Below are positions 48,874 through 61,028 of a stretch of DNA of 64,000 nucleotides, one piece after another. A program made the translations under genes and the position numbers. Within the stretch, counting starts at the first letter, position 1; the number at the start of each line of letters is the position of its first letter. Origin of the DNA: Malacoraja senta (Eukaryota). The stretch covers positions 4,094,001-4,158,000 of the forward strand of contig CM075992.1 of the NCBI GenBank assembly GCA_038087875.1, written 5' to 3'. Under the pieces are notes generated by a model, which made no database searches, had not been told where the DNA came from, and worked only from the letters and a program-made list of their open reading frames with translations.

Positions 48874-49437
48874 GAGAGAGCTGGAGAGAGGGGGGAGAGG
48901 GGGAGAGAGGGGGAGAGGAGAGAGAGGGAGAGAGGGGAGAGCTGGAGAGAGAGGAGAGGGGAGAGAGCTGGAGAGAGGGGAGAGGAGAGAGGGGAGAGAG
49001 AGAGGAGGAGAGAGGGGGAGATAGGGGAGAGAGAGAGAGGGGAGAGAGGGGAGAGAGAGGGGGGGGAGAGAGGGGAGAGAGGGAGAGGGGAGAGGAGAGA
49101 GAGGGAAGAGAGGGGAGAGCTGGAGAGAGGGAGAGGGAGAGAGAGGAGAGGGAGAGAGCTGAGGAGAGGGAGAGAGCTGGAGAGAGGAGGGGGAGAGAGG
49201 GGAGAGCTGGAGAGAGGGAGAGGGAGAGAGAGAGGGAGAGAGGGGAGAGAGGGGAGAGAGGGGAGGAGATGGGAGAGAGATGGGAGAGAGCTGGAGAGAG
49301 AGGAGAGAGGAGAGAGAGAGAGAGGAGAGAGGGGAGGGAAGGGGGGAGAGAGGGAAGAGAGGGGAGAGCTGGAGAGAGAGGGGAGAGTGGAGAGAGGAGA
49401 GAGAAGGGAGGGGAGAGGAGAGGAGAGAGAGGGGAGA
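48874..49437 (+). repeat. GA-rich polypurine tract
   Basis: About 560 bp almost entirely G/A with recurrent GAGAGCTGGAGAGA. Confidence 0.97.
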
Positions 49438-49900
49438 ACTCTACAGAGATATACGGAGCGGAAATAGGCCCTTGTGTCCACCCAGTCTGCGCTGACCAGC
49501 GATCCCCGCACACTAACACTATCTTACACATACAATTTTACCGAAGCCAATTAACCTACAATCCTGTACGTCTTTGGAGTGTGGAGGAGGAAACCGGAGC
49601 ACCTGGAGAAAACCCACGCAGGTCACAGGGAGAACGTGAAGACAGTTCATAAGTTCAGAAGTTGTAGGAACAGTGTTCGGCCTTTCGGTCCATCAAGCCT
49701 ACTCTACTCCGCCATTCAATCTGAGCACCCGTCGTCAGGATGGAACCCGGGTCTCTGGCGCTGTGAGGCAGCAACTCTACCGCTGTGCCACCGTGCCGCT
49801 CTGAATCATTCAGCGTCAGTCAGGGAAAGGCCAACATAGTCAACTCAATCAGACTAAGTGTTTAGATGATTATGTTTTTATTTAACTTTAATACAGTGGT

Positions 49901-50442
49901 ACATAGATACATAGATACATAGAAAATAGGTGCAGGAGTAGGCCATTCGGCCCTTCGAGCCTGCACCGCCATTCAATATGATCATGGCTGATCATCCAAC
50001 TCAGTATCCCGTATCTGCCTTCTCTCCATACCCTCTGATCCCTTTAGCCACAAGGGCCACATCTAACTCCCTCTTAAATATAGGCAATGAACTGGCCTCA
50101 ACTACCCTCTGTGGCAGAGAGTTCCAGAGATTCACCACTCTCTGCGTGAAAAAGTTTTTCCTCATCTCGGTCTTAAAGGATTTCCCCCTTATCCTTAAGC
50201 TGTGACCCCTTGTCCTGGACTTCCCCAACATCGGGAACAATCTTCCTGCATCTAGCCTGTCCAATCCCCATAAGAATTTTGTACATTTCTATAAGATCCC
50301 TCTCAATTCTCCTAAATTCTAGCGAGTATAAGCCGAGTCTATCCAGTCTTTCTTCATATGAAGTCCTGACATCCCAGGAATCAGTCTGGTGAACCTTCTC
50401 TGCACTCCCTCTATGGGTATAATGTCCTTCCTCAGATTTGGT
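49901..50442 (-). mobile_element. CR1-clade LINE 3' fragment
   Basis: ORF 50001-50264; (CATAGATA)n tail. Confidence 0.88.
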
Positions 50443-51358
50443 GCAATGGCGCAGCGGGTAGAGCTGCTGCCTCACAGCGCCAGAGACCCAGGTTCGATCC
50501 TGCCCTCGGGTGCTGTCAGTGTGGAGTTTGCACGTGACCGCATGGGTGCTGCAGTTTCCTCCCACATCCCAAAGACGGGCGGGTTTGTAGGTTGGAGATA
50601 CGAGGAACTGCAGGCGCTGGTCTACCAAAAAGAACGCAAAGTGCTGGAGTAACTCAGCGGGTCAGGCAGCATATCCGGAGATCATGGATATGGGGGCGTC
50701 TTGGGTCGGGACCCTTCTTCAAACACATACCGAAGGGTCCTGACCCGAAACGTCACCTATTCATGTTCGCCAGAGATGGTGCATGACCCCGCTGAGTTAC
50801 TCCAGCACTTTGTACTTTTGCAGGTTAATTAGCCTCTGTAGAATTGTCCTTAGTGTGTAGGGAGTGGATGAAAAAGTGGGATAACATAGAACTAGTGGGA
50901 ATTATTGTATCTCTAAACTAAACTAAACTAAACTCCAAACACTAACTTACTATGAACTATTGAACTGTATCGGTTACACTGAGGACTTTGCACTTTTTGC
51001 ACTAATAATAGTTTTTTAATTTATGGAATTATTTTGCTTATTACCATACCTTAAACATGGTGTTTATGACCTGTTATAGAGACATAGAAAAACAGGTGCA
51101 GGAGTAGGCCATTCGCCCTTCGAGCCAGCACCGCCATTCAATATGATCATGGCTGATCATCCAAAATCAGTACCCCCGTTCCTGCTTTCTCCCCATATCC
51201 CTTGATTCCGGTAGCCCTAAGAGCTAAATCTAACTCTCTCTTGAAAACATCCAGTGAATTGGCCTGCACTGCCTTCTGTGGCAGAGAATTCCACAGATTC
51301 ACAACTCTCTGGGTGAAAAAGTTTTTCCTCATCTCAGTCCTAAATGGCCGACCCCTTA

Positions 51359-51606
51359 AGGGCCTGCCCCACTTCCACGACCTAATTCACGACCTCTGCC
51401 GAGTTTGCCCTTGACTCGTACTCGCAGCATGGTCGTCACGAGGTCGTAGGAGGCCGTAGGAGGGTCGTGGGTAGGTCGTAGCAGGCCGTGATGCTAGTCG
51501 TAGGTACTCGTGGCATCAAGTAGGCCGGGGCGTTTTTCTAGCCTGATGAAAAATGTCCACGAGTAAAAAAGGTCGTGAATTAGGTTGTGAAAGTGGGACA
51601 GGCCCT
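51359..51606. mobile_element. PIF/Harbinger-type MITE
   Basis: AGGGCCTGCCCCACTT...AAGTGGGACAGGCCCT; TTA TSD; inserted in CR1. Confidence 0.88.
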
Positions 51607-52279
51607 TTATTCTTAAACTGTAAGACCCCCGGTTCTGGACTACCCCAACATGGGGAACATTTTTCCTGCATCTAGCCTGTCCCATCCTTTTGAGAATTTT
51701 ATATGTTTCTATAAGATCTCCTCTCATCCTTCTAAATTCCAGTGTTGCTGCAAGTTAGAATGTTGTTGCTTCATTGTCGGCATATTGTCGGAGTGCAGGT
51801 AGATGGGACTAGGTGAGGAGTAAGTGTTCGGCACGGACTAGAAGGGCCGAGATGGCCTGTTTCCGTGCTGAGATTGTTATATGGTTATATGGTTATATAC
51901 AACAATGAAACACTAACTTGCGGGTGGGGAAGAGGTTGAAAAGTCGAGAAATTCTTCTGCTCGTATTGAGTGAAGTAGTTCATATAATCCTGTTATTATT
52001 TCACATCCACTATAATTCAATATTGTTTATCAATGCTGTGAACACTTCATTCCATAGATTTTCGTACACATGTTCATGCTCAGAATTCTAATCTCTTTAA
52101 GTAGTCCTGTCACGATGGGATTATGAACTATCACTTTCCTCTTTCCAGTTAAGCTGTATTTTGAGGTCATCTTACTCCACATATGAGCTCCCAAAAGAGG
52201 CAGGGTTATTACACAAATCTATGACAAGTCTCCATTCTGATTCAAGTTGTATATCCATGTGTAGCACTGAGATGGCTCA

Positions 52280-52609
52280 AAGCCCTGTCCCACTGTACGA
52301 GTTCATTCCAAGAGCTCTCCCCGATTTGCCCTGATTCGAACTGGGAGATTTACGGTAATGGCCACTCGTCGGTACTCGGGGCTCTCGTGGACATTTTTCA
52401 ACGTGTTGAAAAATCTTCACGAGTCTTCCCGAGCTTACCTGCCGTTAGCGAGTCTTCCCGAGTACCTGCCGTTAGCGTTAGAGCCGCTAAGAGACGTCCC
52501 CGAGCTCCGACGTACCCGCTACGTTCATTCTCCGTGCTTACCACGAGTTTGATTTTTCTTTTAACTCGGGAGAGCTCTTGGAATGAACTTGCACTGTGGG
52601 ACTGGGCTT
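52280..52609. mobile_element. PIF/Harbinger-type MITE
   Basis: AAGCCCTGTCCCAC...GTGGGACTGGGCTT; TCA TSD (52277-52279, 52610-52612). Confidence 0.85.
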
Positions 52610-53464
52610 TCAGTATTCTCCTGCTGTCTCAGAAGTGTAATGGTGTTATATAACAAAACCAAATGAATATCAGTTTAAAGAGAGGAATATGTTAACATAT
52701 ACAGTTTAGAGATACAGTGCAGAAGCAAACCCTTCGGCCCACCGAGTCTGTGCTGGCCAGTGATCCCCCGCACATTAACACTACCCTACATACACTCGGG
52801 ACAATAGACAATGCACATTAGGTGCAGGAGTAGGCCATTCGGCCCTTCGAGCCAGCACTGCCATTCAATGTGATCATGGCTGATTATCCCCAATCAGTAC
52901 CCCGTTCCTGCCTTCTCCCCATATCTCCTGACTCCGCTATCTTTAAGAGCCCTATCGAGCTCTCTCTTGAAAGCATCCAGAGAATCGGCCTCCACCGCCC
53001 TCTGACAATTTCACATTTTATACCAAGCCAATTAACCTACAAACCTGTACGTCTTTAGAGTGTGGGAGGAAACCGGAGATCTCAAAGAACACTCACACAG
53101 GTCACGGGAGAACGTACAAACTCTGTACAGACAGCGCCCGTAGTCAGGATTGAACCCGGGTCCCTGGAGCTGTAAGGCAGCAACTCTACTGCTAAACCAC
53201 CGTGCTGCCCATTGGGCTGTGTTAATTGGAAACGTTACACAGAGTGTAGCAAGTGCATGAATATTTAGAACATCTCTCCAGAACTGATGGGAGATGCGCT
53301 AACTAACTGGGCAGATTAAAAATGTCAGGACAGGTAGATGAAAAATATAAGAGTGCTGGGATTGACATAATAAGGATGCTGCCTGACCCGCAGAGTTACT
53401 CCAGCTTTTTTTAGTCTATCTTCGGTTTAAACTGGCATCTGCAGTTCCTTCCCACACACTCAAT

Positions 53465-53860
53465 TAAAATTCTTTTTTAATTCAAAAAATTCATTCAATA
53501 ATTAAAAATTCTATTTACAATACAATAAAACAAAACAAACCACCCCCATAATTCAAGACAAAACAAATATACTAAAAAAACTACTATACAACTATCTTAA
53601 AATCCGTGTCAAGGATACATTCCACGCCCTGCGGTGCCCAGCGGTCCCTGGAAATCCCCCAGGGAGCCCGTGGACAGCGCATAGTCCCTCTCTAACCCCC
53701 ACCCGGGCGCGGACGTAAACCCCGGAAAAGGGGCAGGCAGCCGGCTCGGGCAGAGCCCTCTTCCGCCTGGCGCCGTGACTGGCCGATGGCCAGCTTGGCC
53801 AGGCCCAGGAGCAACCCAACCAGGACATCCTCGCCCCCACCCTCTCCCCTACGCACAGGG
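53465..53860 (-). mobile_element. L1/Tx1-like LINE 3' fragment
   Basis: Minus strand EDVLVGLLLGLAKLAI..SRR resembles the Tx1-type ORF2 C-terminus (from recall); AT-rich 3' UTR. Confidence 0.55.
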
Positions 53861-54456
53861 TTTCTATGCACTCCGTGGAAGGGAGGTTGGTTTGTGTGAC
53901 GTCTGGTTGGTTGCAAAGTCGGCAGCAGCAAAACTGATTGCAAGCACGCTGGTGCCCAAGACAGTACTGGAGAGGTTAATCCCTTTTCTTATCATCATGC
54001 AAATTCATGCCACTGTTTGAGAGAACAACAGATGCTGCTTTGTAGCCAGTGGGAGGGAAAAGAAAAATGGCAATTACAGCGTTATCTCCTAGTTTGCTCC
54101 CAGTGCTTCACAGCCAATGAATTGCAATTCTTTTGATCGTTAGATGCTGTTGCTATGTAGATAAGTGTAGCAACCAGTTCACCCAGACATGTTTGGTGAT
54201 GAATGAATAGTTTTAGTGTCTCTCCGACTCTCTCTCTCCTCTCTTTGAGCCACACTTTTGAACCCAGCTCTTAAACCAGGTGATGTTAAACCAAAGTGCC
54301 GGAGTAACTCTGTGGGTCAGGCAGCATCTCTGGAGAACACGGGTAGGTGACGTGATGGGTTGAGACCCTTCTTCAGACTGATGGTAGAGGGGGGTGGATG
54401 AGAAGAAAGCTACAAGAGAGGAGAGGCAGGACAAAGCGTGGCAGGTAATAGGTAGC

Positions 54457-54597
54457 TCACACGCACGCACACACACATGCGCACACTCACACGCACACAC
54501 GCACGCAAACTCACACGCACACACATTCGCACGTGCACACACGCACGCACACACACACGCACACACACACGCACACACACACGCACACACGCACGTG

Positions 54598-54629
<32 letters not shown>

Positions 54630-55156
54630 CACACGCACACACACATGCACACACGCACGCACACACACACACACACACACACAAGCGCGCACACACACAC
54701 ACACACACACACAAGCACACACGCACGCACACGCAACACACGCACCACACACACACACAAGCACATACACACACACACACACACGCATACACACACAAGC
54801 ACACACACGCACGCACACACACACGCCCGCGCATACACATGCACATATGCATGCACAAACACAAACAGGCGCACACGCATACACACACACACGTGCACAA
54901 AGGCAGGCACATGCACATGCACACACATACGCACGCACGTGCATGTGCGCACACACGTGCACATACACGCACATGCATGTGCACATACACATGCATGTAT
55001 GCACGCACGCACACACACGCACACATGCATGCACACATACACATGCACGTTTGCACGCACGCACACACACGCACACGCACACACGCGCGCGCGACACACA
55101 CACACACACGCACACACATGCACACACGCACACACACGCGCACACACACACACACA
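54457..55156 (+). repeat. Compound (CA)n/(CACG)n/(CATG)n microsatellite
   Basis: About 700 bp of largely alternating purine-pyrimidine sequence. Confidence 0.97.
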
Positions 55157-56520
55157 AGTAGGACGTTCTCACACTGTAACTATCAGGAATTTGAAAATAA
55201 CAGCTTAATCTTTACAATCCTTCTTACTGCTGCCTCCAGTTCAATTGCCCAAACCTAAGTATGGGACTTACAAAATTTAGCCCATAATGGTTAAATCTCA
55301 GTTAAGACTCATCATTTTCAGCAACGCAGGACTGGAAGGATACACGATGGTGCCAGACATGGGATGACTCCCGGGTACTGACTCAATGTAACCTACTCTT
55401 CTTACACTTTATGTTTAGTTTAGAGATACAGCATGGAAACAGGCCCTTTGGCCCATCGAGTCCATGATGGGATCATTGACCACACATACACTAGTTCTAT
55501 CTTATCCTTCTTTTCCCCCCTGCATCCTACACCCTAGGCACAATTTTACAGAAACTAACTAACCTTCAAACCTGCACCTCCCTTTGGAGTGTGGGAGGAA
55601 GCCTGAGCTCCTGGAGAAAACCCACACGGTCGCAGGGAGAATGTACAACCTGAGTACAGACAGCACCCGTAGTCAGGATCGAATCCGCGTCTCTGGCGCT
55701 GCAAGTGTGGTAAGACAACGACTCTACCGCTGTTGATAACACTAACATTCCCACGAGAGGTTTTATTACCGTAACCCCAGGCTTTTAGTGCGGAATTAAT
55801 CCAGTCTCTCTGGGCAGTGGGTAATAATAGGCGACGTCACTTTTCACAAAGTTAATAAAGCGCTACTTAAAATTCTTTATTCCCACTAATAACAATTCTG
55901 AAGTAATTTCACTGAGACACAAGATATGCCTCAAGGGGCTGTAAAATTGGTGATGTAAATCGGAGCTCTCCGTTTGTACGATGTAATGCGGAAGAATGTC
56001 CGGCAAGAGAAGAGAGACCCCCCACCCCCGCCCCCCCCCCCCTAATCACTACATCAGCACCTTCACCACCACAGCGAGATCCTGCCTTACAATCTGTAGA
56101 GACCAGTCCTCAAGTCTCTTACCCAGTTTTGGGAAACCAAGAACCAGAGGAGATAGGTTGAAGATGAGAGGGGGCCACCGGGTCAATAGACAATAGACAA
56201 TAGGAGCAGGAGGAGGCCATTCGGCCCTTCGAGCCAGCACCGCCATTCAATGTGATCATGGCTGATCATGCCCAATCAGTACCCCATTCCTGCCTTCTCC
56301 CCATATCCCCTGACTCCGCTATCTTTAAGAGCCCTATCTAGCTCTCTCTTGAAAGCATCCAGAGAACCTGCCTCCACCGCCCTCTGAGGCAGAGAATTCC
56401 ACAGACTCACAACTCTGTGTGTGAGAAAAAGTGTTTCCTCGTCTCCGTTCTAAATGGCTTACCCCTTATTCTTAAACTGTGGCCCCTGGTTCTGGACTCC
56501 CCCAACACCGGGAACATGTT

Positions 56521-56742
56521 GTTAAAGAAGGAACTGCAGATGCTGGAAAATCGAAGGTACACAAAAATGCTGGAGAAACTCAGCGGGTGCAGCAGCATCT
56601 ATGGAGCGAAGGAAATAGGCAACGTTTCGGGCCGAAACCCTTCTTCAGACTGAAGAAGGGTTTCGGCCCGAAACGTTGCCTATTTCCTTCGCTCCATAGA
56701 TGCTGCTGCACCCGCTGAGTTTCTCCAGCATTTTTGTGTACG
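56521..56742. mobile_element. Inverted Penelope pseudo-LTR mini-insertion inside a CR1 fragment
   Basis: 11-bp TSD GGGAACATGTT (56510-56520, 56743-56753); palindrome 56557-56741. Confidence 0.88.
56621..56677. ncRNA. Two divergent hammerhead motifs (56621-56648 minus, 56650-56677 plus)
   Basis: Centre of a perfect palindrome: ...CTTCTTCAG-A-CTGAAGAAG... Confidence 0.68.
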
Positions 56743-57261
56743 GGGAACATGTTTCCTGCCTCTAGCGTGTCCAAACCCTTAACAATCTTATATGTTTCAA
56801 TAAGATATCCTCTCATCCTTCTAAACTCCAGAGTGTACAAGCCCAGCTGCTCCATTCTCCCAGCATATGACAGTCCCGCCATCCTGGGGATTAACCTTGT
56901 AAACCTACGCTGCACCCCCTCAATAGGAACATCGATCTCTGCGTATTAACGCTCTCCTACACACACAATAGGGCCAATTTACACTTATACCAGCCAATCA
57001 ATCAATACACCTTAAATTTAGTTTAGTGTAGATTGGTTTTGAAATACAGCGTGGAAACCTGAGAGGCAACGTCTTCACTAGGGTCAAGGAAAGAGCGTTC
57101 ACATCGCGGCCCTGTTTCCACCACCAGGCACAAGAAGCGCAAGAAGCGACAAGACAGACATCATTGTGTGCAGACGCCGAGAAGTGTGTTCAGCTCCTTC
57201 TGGACAACTTCTAATCTTGTGTGTGGGACTCGATAAGAAGAAGAACAAGAAGAAGAAGAAC

Positions 57262-57519
57262 CTCATATTCCGCTTGGGGAGTCTGCATCCTGGTGGCATG
57301 AACATTGAATTCTCACAATTCTGTTAGCCCCTGCTGTCTCCTCCCCTTCCCAGCTCTCCCTCAGCCACTCGGGCTCCTCCTCCTCCTTTTCCCTTTCTTC
57401 TCCCGTCCCACCCCCCATCAGTCTGAAGAAGGGTTTCGGCCCGAAACGTTGCCTATTTCCTTCGCTCCATAGACGCTGCTGCACCCGCTGAGTTTCTCCA
57501 GCATTTTTTTGTGTACCAT
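57262..57519 (+). mobile_element. Penelope-like 3' fragment (end of GIY-YIG domain plus pseudo-LTR)
   Basis: LIFRLGSLHPGGMNIEFSQFC* followed by the hammerhead motif at 57423; TSD GAAGAAGAACCTC at 57252-57264 and 57520-57532. Confidence 0.88.
57423..57450 (+). ncRNA. Minimal hammerhead ribozyme motif (subfamily A)
   Basis: CTGAAGAAGGGTTTCGGCCCGAAACGTT, on the same strand as the upstream GIY-YIG ORF remnant. Confidence 0.7.
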
Positions 57520-57832
57520 GAAGAAGAACCTCTTCACTCGGGTACATGGATAGCAAAGGTTTAGAGGGATATGGGCCAAACGCAGTCACCTGGGACTAGC
57601 TCAGCGGTAGAGTTGTCCAGACAGCACCCGTAGTCAGGATCGAACCCCGGTCTCCGACGCTGCAAGCGCTGTAAGGCAGCAACTCTACCGCTGAATTGAA
57701 CTGAGTGAAGTCAAGTCAAGTCAAGTCATATTTATTTATATAGCACATTTAAAAAACAACTCTCGTTGGCCAAAGTGCTTTACATTTGTTATAAGAATAG
57801 CATAAACAAACAAACTACATACATATATACAT

Positions 57833-57940
57833 CTATTTTGTAGAGTCTGAAGAAGGGTTTCGGCCCGAAACGTTACCTATTTCCTTCGCTCCATAGATGC
57901 TGCTGCACCCGCTGAGTTTCTCCAGCATTTTTGTGTACCT
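57833..57940 (+). mobile_element. Hammerhead-headed mini-element inside an L2-like tail
   Basis: 13-bp TSD TACATATATACAT (57820-57832, 57941-57953). Confidence 0.82.
57847..57874 (+). ncRNA. Minimal hammerhead ribozyme motif (subfamily A)
   Basis: Identical 28-nt motif inside a TSD-flanked mini-insertion. Confidence 0.7.
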
Positions 57941-58823
57941 TACATATATACATGTAGCCCTCACTCAGAGGACGTCAGGAAAGGCTTGGGAGTGTAGATA
58001 AGTTTTTAGTCTTGACTTAAAGGAGTCGATGGAGGGGGCAGTTCTGATGGGAAGGGGGATGCTGTTCCACAGTCTAGGCTAAGGCGTGGTCGCCCCTGAG
58101 CTTATGCCTAGACCGTGGGATATTCAGCAACCCCAAGATATTTCATTCCTGCCTTGGGCTGGGGAAGAGAGTCGGTGCACTGAGGATGGGATTGAGTGAG
58201 GGGGACCGCCAAGGCAGAAATGAAGGAAAAGGCGATTCTTGTAACACAGTCGTAATGGAGGAGAAGATATTAAGAGTCTGGGCAAGGATGAGAAGACTCC
58301 GAGACATCACTCATGGGATCTATATCCAATTAAAATGTCCTTTCCTTCAGATTTATTCTTTATTGGAATCTGTAGCAGAGAGACCCATGTCATGAAATAT
58401 TCATGCAAGTGTATTAGGACGTTGGAAGGGATCATTTTCTGCAGCAGCGCTCGCGACTACCACAGCCTTAACTAAACGTCACAGTTCATTTGCGGGAAGA
58501 GAAACTGAGTTAACATTTCGGGTCGATGACCTTTCATCAGGGCTGGGGAAAGCTAGAAATCAAACACGTCTCAGGTTGCAGAGAGAGAGAGAGAGAGAGA
58601 AAGAAGCGGTGGAGAGAGAAATGAGGTGGATGTGAAGATGTGGGCCAGGGAAGGTTAGAAATAGAAACGTAGAAAACTAGGTGCTGGAGTAGGCCATTAA
58701 TTCGGCCCTTTGAGCCAGCATCGCCATTCAATATGATCATGACTGATCATCTAAAATCAGTACCCCGTTCCTGCTTTTTCCCCATATTCCCCTTTATTCC
58801 GTTAGGTATATGGCGATATCTAA

Positions 58824-58945
58824 GGTCGACAAAAATGCTGGAGAAACTCAGCGGGTGAGGCAGCATCAATGGAGCGAATAGGTGACGTTTCGGGTCGAGA
58901 CCCTTCTTCAGACCGTTTCGGGTCGAGACCCTTCTTCAGAGGAGG
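58824..58945 (-). mobile_element. Mini-element with duplicated hammerhead
   Basis: 15-bp TSD TATGGC(G/T)ATATCTAA (58809-58823, 58946-58960). Confidence 0.8.
58884..58939 (-). ncRNA. Tandem dimer of hammerhead motif (subfamily B)
   Basis: Minus strand: CUGAAGAAGGGUCUCGACCCGAAACG-GU-CUGAAGAAGGGUCUCGACCCGAAACGUC. Confidence 0.68.
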
Positions 58946-61028
58946 TATGGCTATATCTAATGTTGAATGGCACAAAGGGTGGTGGTGCCTATGAGGAGGT
59001 TTTCGTGTAGAGATACAGCACAGAAAGAGGCCCTTAGGCCCACCAAGTCCCCCCTACACTAACACTATCCTACACACGAGGGACAATTTGCTATCTTTAC
59101 TGAAGCCAGAAACCTGTACCTCTTTGGGACATGGGAGGAAACTGGTGCACCTGGAGAATACCCACGCTGTCACAGGGAGAACGTGCAAACTCCACACCAA
59201 CAGCACCCGTAGTTAGGATCGAACCCGGGTCTCTGGCTGTGTAAGAGCTGTAAGGCAGCAACTCTACTGCTGCGCCACCCTGCCGCCCGGTAATTAAAGG
59301 TGTTATAGAGTCATCCAGCACGGAAACAGGCCCTTCAGCCCAAATTATCCATGCCGACCAAGATACCACATCTACGCGAGTCCCACCTGCCTGCATTTTG
59401 TCCATATCCCTCTAAACCTTTCCGATCCATACACCTGTCTCAATTTTTTTTTAATGGTCTTATAGTTCATAAAGTTATGACAGGAGCAGAATTAGGCCAT
59501 TTGGCCCACCATTTGATCATGGCTTTTTCCCTCTCAACCCCATTCTCCTGCCTTCTCCCTGTAACATTAAGAACCTAAAAACCCAGGTTGGACCTGGCGA
59601 CGGGTGCTGTCTGTGTGGTCAAGGACAAAGGATATTTATTGTCACATACACCAATTGGTGCAGTGAAATTTGAGTGACCGCGTGGGTTTCCTCCGGGTGT
59701 TCCGTTCTCCTCCCACATCCCAAAAGACGTGCGGGTTTGCAGCTTAATTGGTTTCTGTAAATGTCTCCCAGTGTGTAGGGAGTGGATGAGGAAGTGAGAT
59801 CATGTAGAACGTGATCGATGCACGGCATGTACCTGATGGGCTGAACGGCCTGTTTCCATGCTGTATCTTTAATCTAAGCTTAAACTGAACTAAACTACCC
59901 TGGGATGAAAGATGCTTACTATCTTTTCTATTCTCCTCATAACTTTACAAACTTCTCCAAGGTCATCTCTCAGCCTCCCAGCTTCCAGTGGAGATAAATC
60001 CAGCCTATCTAATCTCCTCTCATAACTGCAGCCCTCCATTTCTCATTTCCATGGCAGTCGAGAAATTGGAATTCAGTTTGTGAAATTAAATAAGTTAGCA
60101 TCAGTCACTTGTGACCACGAAACCACTGGATTGCAATGTCCACACGCCCCCTTGCACACTGATGGCCCTTAGAGATGTCCATCTGTCATCCCTCCCTGCT
60201 CCAGCATTAGGCCCAGTCTTAACTGCCCTTTAATACAACTGAGATACACTCTCAGTTTAAGGGCAAATAGAAATGGCCGATGGAAGGAATACCCAAAACA
60301 CCTTTTCGATCAATAAATAGGAACACAGAGGCTGGTGAATCTGTGGAATTCTTTGCCACAGAGGCCAAGTCAATGGATATTATTAAGGCAGAGATGGATA
60401 GATTCTTGATTAGTACGGGTGTCAGAGGTTATGGGGAGAAGGCAGGACAATGGGGTTAGGAGGGGGAGTTAGATCAGCCATGATTGAATGGTGGAGTGGA
60501 CTTGATGGGCCGAATGGCCTAATTCTGCTCCTGTCCAAATGTTTAATGCTTGTGAGGAAGGAGTTAATCAATGCATTCTGGTGTTGATTTCTTCTCATTG
60601 CTTTAGTTTAATGCATGGTAAGCATGGAAGTGTAGGTCGATTTCGTTTCAGTGACCGACTGGGCAAAGACAAGGCCTAAAGGAACCGTTCGTTCAGCCAT
60701 TTCAGTAAACCTAATTAAAAGCCAGGCTCCCCACTAATTCACCACTGCAGGGAAAGCCGACGGCAATCACCAATCTTATTTACAAGCAGGGTATTGATAC
60801 AGAGAGGCACAGGTTTTCTGACATCAAACCAGTGATTGATTGATTGAAAGATACTGTGTGGAAATAGGCCCACTGAGTCCACGCCAACCATCGATCACCC
60901 ATTCACACTAGTTCTATGTTTGGAAGGAACCGCGGATAGACACTGGTTTACACCGAAGATAGACGCAAATTGCTGGAGCAACTCAGCGGGACAGGCAGCA
61001 TCTCTGGAGAGAAGGAATGGGTGATGTA

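Larger units (their letters stand above)
56183..56925 (-). mobile_element. CR1-clade LINE 3' fragment hosting the palindromic insertion
   Basis: QRRFTRLIPRM...RMRGYLIETYKI; (CAATAGA)n tail. Confidence 0.87.

Noticed and set aside
48802..49652. Glu/Arg/Gly- and Leu/Ser/Pro-rich ORFs
   Set aside because: Artefact of the GA polypurine tract.
54213..55258. Long Cys/Val- and His/Thr-rich ORFs
   Set aside because: Stop-free translation of the CA microsatellite in all frames.
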